The notes under the pieces are model-generated. The model was given only the letters and a program-made list of their open reading frames with translations, was not told the DNA's origin and searched no databases. DNA of 64,000 nt from Candidatus Latescibacterota bacterium (GTDB lineage Bacteria > Latescibacterota > CBDEFO01). Below are positions 1-8,769 of the stretch, in pieces (positions within the stretch are counted from its first letter, which is position 1; each line of letters starts with the position of its first letter). Both the position numbers and the translations under genes were made by a program. The stretch covers positions 384,001 through 448,000 of the forward strand of contig OZ252149.1 in assembly GCA_965248755.1 (NCBI GenBank). The letters are read 5' to 3'.

Positions 1-457
1 GCGGTCCGTCTTGACCTCTGGCATTACTTCTTTGAAGTTGTCGAACCGATTGACCTTGACTTTTCTACCAAACTTCTACTAAATTTCTACTGGAACAAGG
101 GGAATACCATAAAATAACACGAAACAAGAAGAAAGTCAATAGCCTTTATCTCCAAACAAGACAAAGAGTTAGGGAATAATACGAAACAGGATAGAAAAGC
201 TTCACTTGACAACTGATCGGCATTATCCTTTATTTGAGCGCAAAATCAATGAAATTCTAATCGAAGTCCCAAAGAATGTTGAAAGCACTCCTTTTGAGAA
301 AAGATCAGGATCTTTTTTGGAGCTCATGCGCCATTATTTTCCGAACAATTCATATTGACTGTAATTTTGCTTTTCTCCTCACGATGAAAGGGGCCTCCAA
401 AAAGTATCGAAAGAACTTTTAGGGGAGGAATCGGCAGGTTGTCTATTGGAGATTTTG

Positions 458-919
458 ATGAAGAAAAAGGAGTTACTATTCTATAAGAAACTACTGCTGG
501 AACGTCAAAAGGAGATCATAAAGGGAATTGACTTCCAGGAGGATAATATAAGACAGCTTCAGCATGAGCGTCCCTCCGATCAGGCCGACACAGCCACCGA
601 TAGTGCGTCAGTATCGTCCTCCCTGGAACTGCTGATGGCGCTTGGAGATAGCGACAGGATAGAACTCAACGACATCGATTTAGCGTTAGAAAAGATAGAG
701 GACAAAACATATGGCACGTGCGAAGTATGCGGCAGCAACATAGGCAAAGACAGATTAGAGGCAATTCCAACTGCAAGCCTGTGCCATCCCTGTAAGGAAA
801 AGGAAGAGAAGGAAAAAGTACTCTATACTCCCCGCAGGGGAACAGCATGGTCCCACCAAACCGTAGAAGGAGAGAAGGAGTCTAATTTGAACGATTCCAA
901 TAAGACCGATGAGGAGTAA
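458..919 (+). CDS. dksA: TraR/DksA family C4-type zinc finger transcription regulator
   Basis: Coiled coil with DQADTA motif, then YGTCEVC...RLEAIPTASLCHPC zinc finger. GGAG RBS favours ATG 458 over TTG 446. Confidence 0.85.
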   Translation: MKKKELLFYKKLLLERQKEIIKGIDFQEDNIRQLQHERPSDQADTATDSASVSSSLELLMALGDSDRIELNDIDLALEKIEDKTYGTCEVCGSNIGKDRLEAIPTASLCHPCKEKEEKEKVLYTPRRGTAWSHQTVEGEKESNLNDSNKTDEE

Positions 920-3293
920 GTTTCCGAGAAACAAGCCTGGACCAACTGAAGTACCCGAAGAACTTCGCAACGAACTTACAAGAGTCCAGATGCTCAAAGG
1001 GATGAGGCTGATCATCTTTCAGAGTATATTCGGAACAAGCTGGTTCAGCCTCACCAACGGAGTATTCTTCACAGGGCTGGCGCTTACTCTTGGGGCCTCT
1101 AACTTCCAGATAGGAATCCTTGCTTCCCTTCCGGCGCTTACCAATCTCTTTCAGCCCGTTGCGTCCATCTTCGTCGAGAAACTCCGCCGCAGAAAAGCCT
1201 ATGTAGTATCTCTTGCCGAAACCTTCAGAACGCTGTGGACGCTGCCCATCTTCATACCATTTTTTGTCCCGCAAGACCTCTGGATTACCACCTTAGTAGC
1301 CCTTATATTCCTCTCCAGTCTCGCCTTTTCAATGGCAGTACCAGCCTGGACGGTATGGGCCTCCGACCTTGTGCCCGAAAATATGAGGGGCAGGTTCTTC
1401 AGCAGGCGAAACACAGTCGGCGGAACAGTGGGCATGCTGGTCGCATTGGCTGCCGGAAAGGTCCTGGACAAATTCAGCGGTCGACCCGAGGGCTTCCCCG
1501 AAGGATACAACGGCTTTCTAATAATCTTTGGAGTCGCCTTTGTCTTCATCGCACTGGATACTATCTTCTTCCTTCAAAGGCCTGAGCCTCCTCCAAAAAG
1601 AGAAGAGAACCTGACCATATCTTATCTTTGGAAACTACCCTTCCAGGATAAGAATTTCCTGAAGTTCTCCCTCTTTATCGCCTTTTGGTCCTTCGCAACT
1701 GGAATCGCAGCTCCTTTTTACGCCGTCTTCATGATAGAAGAGCTTAAGATAAACTACTCCACGATAGCCCTCTTTACCGCTTTGGGAACGCTGAGCACCA
1801 TCCTTTCATACCCTTTTTGGGGATTCCTCTCCGATAAATTCGGCAATAAACCCATACTCAAGATAAGCACGTCAATCGCCATGTTCCTGCCTATCCTGTG
1901 GATGTTCAACACAAAGGATAACTACCAGCTTATCCCCATAGTCCACATTCTTGGCGGCATGTCCACCGCAGCTATCACCTTAACCTCCTTCAACCTGCTT
2001 TTAAGGGTCACTCCTGAAAAGAGAAGATCTATCTACATTGCTATCTACGCCATGTTCTCAGGGATAGCCGCCTTTGTTGCCCCCATAGCAGGAGGATACC
2101 TAGCCGAAACCTTGTCCGAGGTGCAGTTATCCATCGGAAACTTCCCAGTTGGGAGCCTTCAGATTATATTCTTGCTATCTTCTGCCTTGACCCTTATCAG
2201 CGGACACTTCTTTCCCGACGTCAAAGAGTCGAGCCAAGTTGGAGCAGGCGAGGTCATAAGAAACCTTTGGACATCCAACCCCTTCAGCGTATTCTACAAC
2301 CTGTACTTGTTCTCCAGGTCCGATACTGAAAGCGACAGGTTCAGAACCGCAAGAATCCTGGGAGTGCTGAAGAGTCCCCTGGCTGTGGACGACCTGATAA
2401 GAGCACTGAACGACCCCAGCCAGGAAGTCAGACGTCAGGCAGCAAGATCCCTGGGAGAGATAGGACACAAAAAAGCTCTAACAGCCTTGATAGAAAAGCT
2501 GGATGACCCCGAAGCCAACATACAGCCCCAGGCAGCATGGGCAATAGGACAGATAGGCTCTCACGAAGGGACAAAGCCCCTCATAGACCACCTATATGAC
2601 CCGGACCTCCAGGTCCGCATAAACTCTGTTATGTCCCTGCGAAAGATCGGAGATAGAAAAGCAATAGATGCCCTCAAGAAATTAGCGCAGGACGAAAGGA
2701 GAAACCATCAGATACTCCCCGTCGTAGTAGACGCCCTTGCAGAGCTTGGAGAGAGGGACATCGTATGGCTCTGCTTTGACGCCTATCCCCAGTTCAAATC
2801 ACCCATAATCAAAAGACAACTGCTCTCATCAATCGCAGAGATGGCAGGAGACGGCAAGACCTTCTACAGATTGGTAGGATTGGATGCCTACAGACGAGAC
2901 CTATACGTAACAGATCTTCTAAAATCCGCAGGAGCCAGACTTGGCAGCAGATCTTCCTTTCTTGCTCCACGCGAGCGCACAGAGACTAGACAGGTTATCC
3001 AAGCCTCGATAAATGCCTATCAAAGAGAAAGATACCTCGAAGCTATATTAGTCCTAGAGGGACTGATAGACACGTTAGAAGATTGGAAAGAGGGAGTTAA
3101 AACGTCCCTTAAAGAAGACGAGCAAGGGGAATTAGTCTCAATCGCCCTCTCTCTGAGAATCTACAAGTACCTGGTTAAGAAATCCGAAAGTGAGCAATTA
3201 GACACAGATGAAGCTAACCTCGGTTTGGTAGCTTTCCTCTCCGTTGTCGATCGCGCGATTGGACTGAAAGGGAAAATTGGAAGAATGTCATAA
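909..3293 (+). CDS. MFS transporter fused to C-terminal HEAT/PBS-lyase repeat domain
   Basis: About 12 hydrophobic segments with MFS motifs (GFLSDKFGNKP, RGRFFS), then repeats such as LIRALNDPSQEVRRQAARSLG and LIEKLDDPEANIQPQAAWAIG. Confidence 0.85.
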   Translation: MRSKFPRNKPGPTEVPEELRNELTRVQMLKGMRLIIFQSIFGTSWFSLTNGVFFTGLALTLGASNFQIGILASLPALTNLFQPVASIFVEKLRRRKAYVVSLAETFRTLWTLPIFIPFFVPQDLWITTLVALIFLSSLAFSMAVPAWTVWASDLVPENMRGRFFSRRNTVGGTVGMLVALAAGKVLDKFSGRPEGFPEGYNGFLIIFGVAFVFIALDTIFFLQRPEPPPKREENLTISYLWKLPFQDKNFLKFSLFIAFWSFATGIAAPFYAVFMIEELKINYSTIALFTALGTLSTILSYPFWGFLSDKFGNKPILKISTSIAMFLPILWMFNTKDNYQLIPIVHILGGMSTAAITLTSFNLLLRVTPEKRRSIYIAIYAMFSGIAAFVAPIAGGYLAETLSEVQLSIGNFPVGSLQIIFLLSSALTLISGHFFPDVKESSQVGAGEVIRNLWTSNPFSVFYNLYLFSRSDTESDRFRTARILGVLKSPLAVDDLIRALNDPSQEVRRQAARSLGEIGHKKALTALIEKLDDPEANIQPQAAWAIGQIGSHEGTKPLIDHLYDPDLQVRINSVMSLRKIGDRKAIDALKKLAQDERRNHQILPVVVDALAELGERDIVWLCFDAYPQFKSPIIKRQLLSSIAEMAGDGKTFYRLVGLDAYRRDLYVTDLLKSAGARLGSRSSFLAPRERTETRQVIQASINAYQRERYLEAILVLEGLIDTLEDWKEGVKTSLKEDEQGELVSIALSLRIYKYLVKKSESEQLDTDEANLGLVAFLSVVDRAIGLKGKIGRMS

Positions 3294-3499
3294 AAAGAAT
3301 ACTTAAGATCTCATCCAATCTTAATCTATCTGATTCAAAACTCCCGACGGCACATTCACTTTCATCTTGACTTGGACACAGGTTTTCCCTACCTTTATAG
3401 AGTTAAGTTAGTCTCTTCTTTAGTCATAGACACCACATTGTGAAATAGCACCCTTGCCTAGTATACTGTCAGAGTTATCTAGTACTGATTGAACACCGT

Positions 3500-3548
3500 G
3501 TAGGGGCGAGGTCTCCTCGCCCTAGAGGCAGGGGAACACTGCCCCTAC
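3500..3548. repeat. Inverted pair of GTAG-type REP-like hairpins
   Basis: GTAGGGGCGAGG-TCT-CCTCGCCC followed by an inverted copy ending GCCCCTAC. Confidence 0.7.
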
Positions 3549-3618
3549 ATTATTCATTGCTGGATTTTAGTGCTATTTCTTGATGCGGCACCTATATTTA
3601 TAACGAAAGGGGTCACAG

Positions 3619-4749
3619 ATGATCAAATCTAATATCCTTGGCACAGCTGTCTGTGTGCCAACACGCACAGACAGCGCTGTTTCCAAGATAGGGATGGGCT
3701 GGGTTGCCCTGTCCACTGCCTACTGCCTACTGTTTACTTCCTTGGGGTGTTCTAATGTCCCTCAAAAGGAGATAGGCGAAGCTGAAGGGGCTATCCAAGC
3801 TGCACAGGCCGCAGGTGCCGAGAAGTACGCCCGGGCTGACCTGGCGGAATCACAAAATGCGCTTGCTGAAGCCGAGGCGAAGATCCAGCAAAAGGACTAC
3901 GAGGCCGCCAAAAAGTCAGCTCTCTTGGCCAAGCATAAAGCCGATCTGGCTAAGAGCAACGCCGACAGGCAGGCCAAATCTGTTGCAAGTGACGCCATCA
4001 GAAAGGCCCAAAAAGCTATAAAGTCCGGGTGGCAAAGTGTTTCAGACGCTGCGGTCCTCGGGATCGCAACTTCCGAATCTGAAAAGAGGCTTGACGACCT
4101 CGACATAACTTTATCTGATCTTGAGAAAAGATACCAGGAGGGCGATGTGGTAGAAAAAGCGAACCAGATTGGTAAGGAAGCTTCAAATATCAATAATCAA
4201 CTGAACAACAGCGTGCAAAAGCATAGAGAAGACGCCTTAAAGAAAGATCCCGATGATCCTAACGAAGTTGCTGTCATCGAGACCAAGTTCGGAAAGATAG
4301 TGCTTGAGTTCTTCCTCAAAGATGCCCCAAACCACGTGGCTAACTTCAAAAAACTCGCCAAAACGGGATTCTATGACGGGACGATCTTCCACCGCGTGAT
4401 CCCTGGATTTATGATTCAGGGAGGCGATATGAATAGCAAGAACAAAGATCGAGGCGATGATGGAACAGGCAGCCCCGGATATACCATTGACGCTGAGTTC
4501 AACTCCCGAAAGCACCTACCAGGGATATTATCGATGGCGAGATCCTCCGATCCCAACAGCGCCGGAAGTCAGTTCTTTATATGTGTAGCCCCTGTGACTC
4601 ACTTGGATGGGAAATACACCGTTTTCGGTCAGGCGATAGAGGGCATTGACGTGGCAGAGAAGATAGTACAGGTTCCAAAAGATAGAAGGGATAATCCCTT
4701 GGAGAGGGTAGAGATGAAGGTGTCCATTGTGGATCGAGGCTCTCTATGA
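3619..4749 (+). CDS. Lipoprotein with DUF4398-like helical domain fused to cyclophilin-type peptidyl-prolyl isomerase
   Basis: Lipobox SLGC; Ala-rich AQAAGAEKYA segment; cyclophilin motifs FHRVIPGFMIQGGD, SMAR, SAGSQFFI, HLDGKYTVFG. Confidence 0.85.
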   Translation: MIKSNILGTAVCVPTRTDSAVSKIGMGWVALSTAYCLLFTSLGCSNVPQKEIGEAEGAIQAAQAAGAEKYARADLAESQNALAEAEAKIQQKDYEAAKKSALLAKHKADLAKSNADRQAKSVASDAIRKAQKAIKSGWQSVSDAAVLGIATSESEKRLDDLDITLSDLEKRYQEGDVVEKANQIGKEASNINNQLNNSVQKHREDALKKDPDDPNEVAVIETKFGKIVLEFFLKDAPNHVANFKKLAKTGFYDGTIFHRVIPGFMIQGGDMNSKNKDRGDDGTGSPGYTIDAEFNSRKHLPGILSMARSSDPNSAGSQFFICVAPVTHLDGKYTVFGQAIEGIDVAEKIVQVPKDRRDNPLERVEMKVSIVDRGSL

Positions 4750-4753
4750 CAAT

Positions 4754-4781
4754 GTAAGGGCGGAGTAAACCCGCGCCCTAC
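4754..4781 (-). repeat. GTAG-type REP-like hairpin
   Basis: Reverse strand reads GTAGGGCGCGGGTTTACTCCGCCCTTAC. Confidence 0.55.
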
Positions 4782-4808
4782 GAAATTAAGACAGGAACGG
4801 AACAGACC

Positions 4809-5774
4809 ATGAAAAAGGTGGTAATTGTTGGACCTGGCGGACTGGGCGGCACTATTGCAGCGCTTGTAGCCAAAAGTGGAGAATGTGAGATAGCTATAAT
4901 AGGTCGCCCGGGAGCTCATATTGAGTCCATTCGAAAGGACGGACTCCGTCTCACCGGGCTTCAGGAATTCACAGTTCAGATCGATGCCATAGATGATCCT
5001 CAAAGCCTCCGGGAATGCGATTTCCTGATCTTCGCAATGAAAGCCCAGGACACACAGGCAGCGCTAATGAATACAGAGCATATACGCGTTCGCGATTCGG
5101 TGTCCTCTGTTCAGAACGGAGTGATAAAAGACCAACTTTTGGCTGACACGTTCGGGAAAGAAAAGGTGATCGGGGCTGTGGCCGTCGTCGCAGGAGAACG
5201 TCCGGAGCCAGGTGTGGTGAAATGGACGTACGATGGACTTACACAATTTGGCGAACTGGACGGCGGGACGTCGGAGCGGGTTGCATATAGTGTAGATATA
5301 TTCCAAAAGGCAGGTCTCACCACACAAGCCTCCGATTCTGTGCTGTCCTCCACGTGGTCAAAGATGGTAGGCTGGATACCGATTGGACTTATTGCTACCC
5401 TCTCAAGACAGAATAATGCTGGCCTTTTATCAAACCGGCTACTCGCCAGGGAGTACGTCGGCATGGTTCGCGAACTCAGCGCTTTAGCTGAAGCAAAAGG
5501 GATCCCCTTGATTGATCTTGGTCCCTATCACGTCAAAACGTGGTGTCAGGGTACAGTAGAGGATGCAGTTGAGCGGGTGATGACATCACCCTTAGCCAGC
5601 AGTAAAGCTACTCACTCCGCTCTCCAGGATATACAGAAAGGGTATCCTACTGAGTTTAGCATCTGTGTAGGTCCCATGTTCGAGGATGCCCGAAAAAATT
5701 CTATTCCCATTACGGCACTACAGGCGATGTATTCCACGCTTATGGGATTGGAGGAGACGCTGAAGATACGATAG
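4809..5774 (+). CDS. panE: Ketopantoate reductase (ApbA/PanE) family protein
   Basis: GPGGLGG Rossmann motif, AMKAQD, QNG, WSK, SALQD..G..TE. Confidence 0.8.
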   Translation: MKKVVIVGPGGLGGTIAALVAKSGECEIAIIGRPGAHIESIRKDGLRLTGLQEFTVQIDAIDDPQSLRECDFLIFAMKAQDTQAALMNTEHIRVRDSVSSVQNGVIKDQLLADTFGKEKVIGAVAVVAGERPEPGVVKWTYDGLTQFGELDGGTSERVAYSVDIFQKAGLTTQASDSVLSSTWSKMVGWIPIGLIATLSRQNNAGLLSNRLLAREYVGMVRELSALAEAKGIPLIDLGPYHVKTWCQGTVEDAVERVMTSPLASSKATHSALQDIQKGYPTEFSICVGPMFEDARKNSIPITALQAMYSTLMGLEETLKIR

Positions 5775-5804
5775 AGAGCATATAGGGTAAGACGGTCCAA
5801 CGGC

Positions 5805-5900
5805 GATTGCTTCGGGATAAACCTCCGCGCAATGATACCTCTTCCCATCAGTCATTGCGAGCCGAAGCCCAGAGCGAAGTCAAGGGGCAGCGAAGAAATC
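5805..5900. repeat. GATTGCTTCG/GTCATTGCGAG palindromic intergenic repeat
   Basis: GATTGCTTCG...CGCAATGA then GTCATTGCGAG...CGAAGAAATC, between convergent genes. Confidence 0.6.
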
Positions 5901-5931
5901 TTAAGGGATAGGCGGCGGTACCCTGCATACT

Positions 5932-6684
5932 CTACTGTCTACTTCCTCTGTAGAGTCCCATCCCGTGAATAAAGGACTCGATCTGGGGAGGCACAAGGTC
6001 GCTAATGCGCTTCCCTTCTTTTGTGCAATCTCTAACCTTGGTAGATGAGATAAAAGCTGTAAGTTCCGATATCTTAAGAACATCCACCCTGTCACAAAAT
6101 CTCCTGTTTTCCTCCATCTCAACTAGATTATGTACTTCATCTATTCCCTTATCCCCCCTGTTTGCCACCAGAAACTTGCTCTTTGCAAAGAGGCTATCAA
6201 GCGAAGAATCCCTGTCTTCGTAATACTTCCTGTCCAGCACTCTTGCGATAGTGTCATAGCCCACGATGAAGAAAATCTCCGTATCCGGAGGATATAGCTT
6301 CTCCAACGGTGGGAGCTTGTCCAAGAAACGGCCTTTATTGGATAACCCCACAGAGATACTCGGGCTGTCTTGGGAGAACAGAATAAGCATAAAAAGCCTA
6401 TCCTCCAAGGAGGCTCCGAAGATCTCTTTATCCATTGCCTTTTTGTCCAACACCAGGAGTATCTCATCTAATCTGGCAGACTCTGCCGCCTCGAAGATGA
6501 GTTCGGCGTGAGATACAGTAATGGGGTTAAACGACGCCGGAAAGACCCCCAGTCTTTGACCCATTCGCCTCACGCCCCTCTGTGCTCTTGCCACCAGATC
6601 AATAGTCGGAGGACCTGCCAAGTCGCTCTTCTCCACAACCTCACGCAAGCTTGATATTTTCAGATCGTAGGTGCTATCAGCCAT
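5932..6684 (-). CDS. Nicotinate/nicotinamide-nucleotide adenylyltransferase-like (cytidylyltransferase family)
   Basis: ASFNPITVSH (HxGH-like), FIVGYDT, ISSTKVR, LVPPQI motifs. Confidence 0.75.
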   Translation of the reverse strand: MADSTYDLKISSLREVVEKSDLAGPPTIDLVARAQRGVRRMGQRLGVFPASFNPITVSHAELIFEAAESARLDEILLVLDKKAMDKEIFGASLEDRLFMLILFSQDSPSISVGLSNKGRFLDKLPPLEKLYPPDTEIFFIVGYDTIARVLDRKYYEDRDSSLDSLFAKSKFLVANRGDKGIDEVHNLVEMEENRRFCDRVDVLKISELTAFISSTKVRDCTKEGKRISDLVPPQIESFIHGMGLYRGSRQ

Positions 6685-6801
6685 CTTCAGATTATTCCTT
6701 ATAAGTGCTCGCTCCGAATCAACAATTTAGGGAATATCGGGAAATTCGTCAAGGCAAAACTATGCTCCGAGATGAGGTTATTGAAAAAACAAAAAAAGTA
6801 C

Positions 6802-6830
6802 TTGACCATTAATTTTTTAACTTGTAATAT
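6802..6830 (+). promoter_or_regulatory. Putative sigma70 promoter of the AT-rich islet
   Basis: TTGACC-17 bp-TAATAT in an AT-rich tract upstream of 6933. Confidence 0.45.
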
Positions 6831-6932
6831 TAAGAAGTTTATTGAGTTATCAATGCTTTATACTGAATAATAATTGTTTGATTAGAACGTTATTATGTGT
6901 CATGATGAATCCGTTCCAAGAGGTAATAAACT

Positions 6933-7556
6933 ATGAATACGGATGATCTGGTGAACCAAGCTAAAAGAATTATTGAAAGCGGGCGGAGAAGCTCGGGTCC
7001 TGGGTTACTTGCAGAAGCGATGGAATTCCATAGAGTTTATTCAGGTGAAAGAAGCTCTTTCTTTAAGAATCTCAGCAAAGTTGATCAAAAACAGCATGAT
7101 GTATACCTTTCACAAATAGTCGTCAGCAATTTAGAAGCATTTATTAGATATGTTGAAAATGGCCTTCTTGAGGGTATTTCAATTGAACGAAAAGCTCAAA
7201 TCGATGTTGTTTCTGACTTCCTCGATCAAGCGAACACTCTCCTAAATTCAAGAGGCGTCCATCCTGCTGCACCAGCCGTAATCAGTGGGGCTGCATTAGA
7301 GGAATTTCTGAGAAATTGGATCGAAGAATCTGATTTGAACCTGGGAGGTAAGAAGCCATGCTTGGATACTTATGCAAAAGTTCTAAGAGAAGAAGGTGTA
7401 ATAACAAAACAAGATGTTAAGGATATTACTTCATGGGGTGGGCTTAGAAATCATGCTGCTCATGGTGAATGGGATGAAGTGAACGATAAAAATCGGATTT
7501 CCATAATGTTAGAAGCTGTAAATCTTTTCATGAGAAAATATGGTGAACCTGCCTAG
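6933..7556 (+). CDS. HEPN-like (DUF4145-like) protein, possible RNase toxin or defence effector
   Basis: C-terminal GAALEEFLR...LRNHAAHG with R-X4-H HEPN signature; AT-rich coding. Confidence 0.6.
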   Translation: MNTDDLVNQAKRIIESGRRSSGPGLLAEAMEFHRVYSGERSSFFKNLSKVDQKQHDVYLSQIVVSNLEAFIRYVENGLLEGISIERKAQIDVVSDFLDQANTLLNSRGVHPAAPAVISGAALEEFLRNWIEESDLNLGGKKPCLDTYAKVLREEGVITKQDVKDITSWGGLRNHAAHGEWDEVNDKNRISIMLEAVNLFMRKYGEPA

Positions 7557-7576
7557 CGCCCCCTTGACAATCTGGA

Positions 7577-7900
7577 ATGAGTAAAACATTTCAACTTATC
7601 CTCGATTTGATCGAAAGTCGAGAGGTGAAGATATCAGCTCATGGTTATGATGAATTATCCGAAGACGGCATTCTTGTTATGGACATTGTGACAGGAGTTA
7701 AAGAGGCCATAGTTCTGGAAGATTATCCTCATTATCAAAAAGGACCTTGTGTTCTTGTATTACAAAAAGACCTTCAAGGCGAAGCAATGCATGTGGTATG
7801 GGGTATTCCAAAGAATGCTACTGCTCCGGCTGTTTTGATCACAGCCTACAGACCTGATCCAGAATATTGGTCAAAGAATTTCACAAGGAGGAGATCGTGA
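7577..7900 (+). CDS. DUF4258 domain protein (putative toxin)
   Basis: [34 protein letters not shown] pattern. Confidence 0.8.
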   Translation: MSKTFQLILDLIESREVKISAHGYDELSEDGILVMDIVTGVKEAIVLEDYPHYQKGPCVLVLQKDLQGEAMHVVWGIPKNATAPAVLITAYRPDPEYWSKNFTRRRS

Positions 7901-8112
7901 CAAAAAGACGTCATACAAAGTTAGTCCATGAGGGACAATATGTGGCTGAAGTTGATATCGAATTAGTGGATACAGAAGAAGGTTGGTCACCGTACTTGTC
8001 TCTTGAGGATGCGCAAAAGTTGGATGATGTGAGACAGGCACTCCGTCAGGAAGATGTAAAGACAGCAACAAAACTTGCCCGAGTTTTTACTTTGACTCCC
8101 GTTGCAACTTAA
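7897..8112 (+). CDS. Putative antitoxin partner of the DUF4258 protein
   Basis: GTGA start/stop overlap with [23 protein letters not shown]...[14 protein letters not shown] small protein typical of DUF4258 partners. Confidence 0.65.
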   Translation: MTKRRHTKLVHEGQYVAEVDIELVDTEEGWSPYLSLEDAQKLDDVRQALRQEDVKTATKLARVFTLTPVAT

Positions 8113-8194
8113 TGGCAACGGATTTATACTCAATACTAATGCTTTGATTAGGAGACGTTAGGTAGGCAACACAAATAATGACAGTTGCTTCATA

Positions 8195-8429
8195 ATGCCT
8201 ACTGTCCTGAGAATAGGACCTTATCGCTTTTCCTTGTATCACTTGCTCGTGGTGAGCCACCGCACATTCATGTGAGACGCGAGAACATGGTGGCAAAATT
8301 CTGGCTGGTCCGGTAGCCCTCCAACAGACGGGCGGATACAGCCGGATGGAACTCAACACCATCGCGAGCTTGGTACACGAGTATCGCGACACGTTGCTGG
8401 AGAGCTGGTATGACTTCTTTGGTCGGTGA
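8195..8429 (+). pseudogene. DUF4160 toxin gene remnant (frameshifted)
   Basis: MPTVLRIGPYRF / GEPPHIHVRRENMVAKFWL / PVAL...LLESWYDFFG, split over different frames. Confidence 0.75.
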
Positions 8430-8723
8430 TATGCAGGATGCCCGTGCACAACAGGTCAACGTGAGTGATGATGCACTGACGGTGGACCTGGTGGATGGCC
8501 CTAGTATTCTTGTGCCCTTGGTCTGATACCCTCGTTTATGGCATGGGACACTACAGGAACACAACCATTTCGAAATCTTCGCGGATGGGGCATTCATCCA
8601 CTGGCCAGACTTAGATGAGGATTTGCGTGTAGTGGGCTTTTAGCAGGTCGCCCCTCCGGCGAGAGTCCCCAATCCTTGAAAACATTTCTCGATGCCCGGA
8701 ATCCACAGGACAAGCAGGCCTAA
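8410..8723 (+). pseudogene. DUF2442 antitoxin gene remnant
   Basis: LTVDLVDG..VPLV*YPRL...IHWPDLDEDL / GLLAGRPSGES. In-frame TGA at 8524 replaces the usual Trp, and there is a later frameshift. Confidence 0.75.
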
Positions 8724-8769
8724 GTGATGATTCGTTGTCTGGTAAGAGATTTCTCACAGGGTAGTTAAT

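Noticed and set aside
1..230. Possible end of an integrative element or tRNA-derived att site
   Set aside because: No integrase or recognisable tRNA fragment; cut by the window edge.
8524..8526. TGA recoding (Trp or selenocysteine)
   Set aside because: Other genes use TGA as a stop, and the same gene has a further frameshift, so decay is the simpler explanation.
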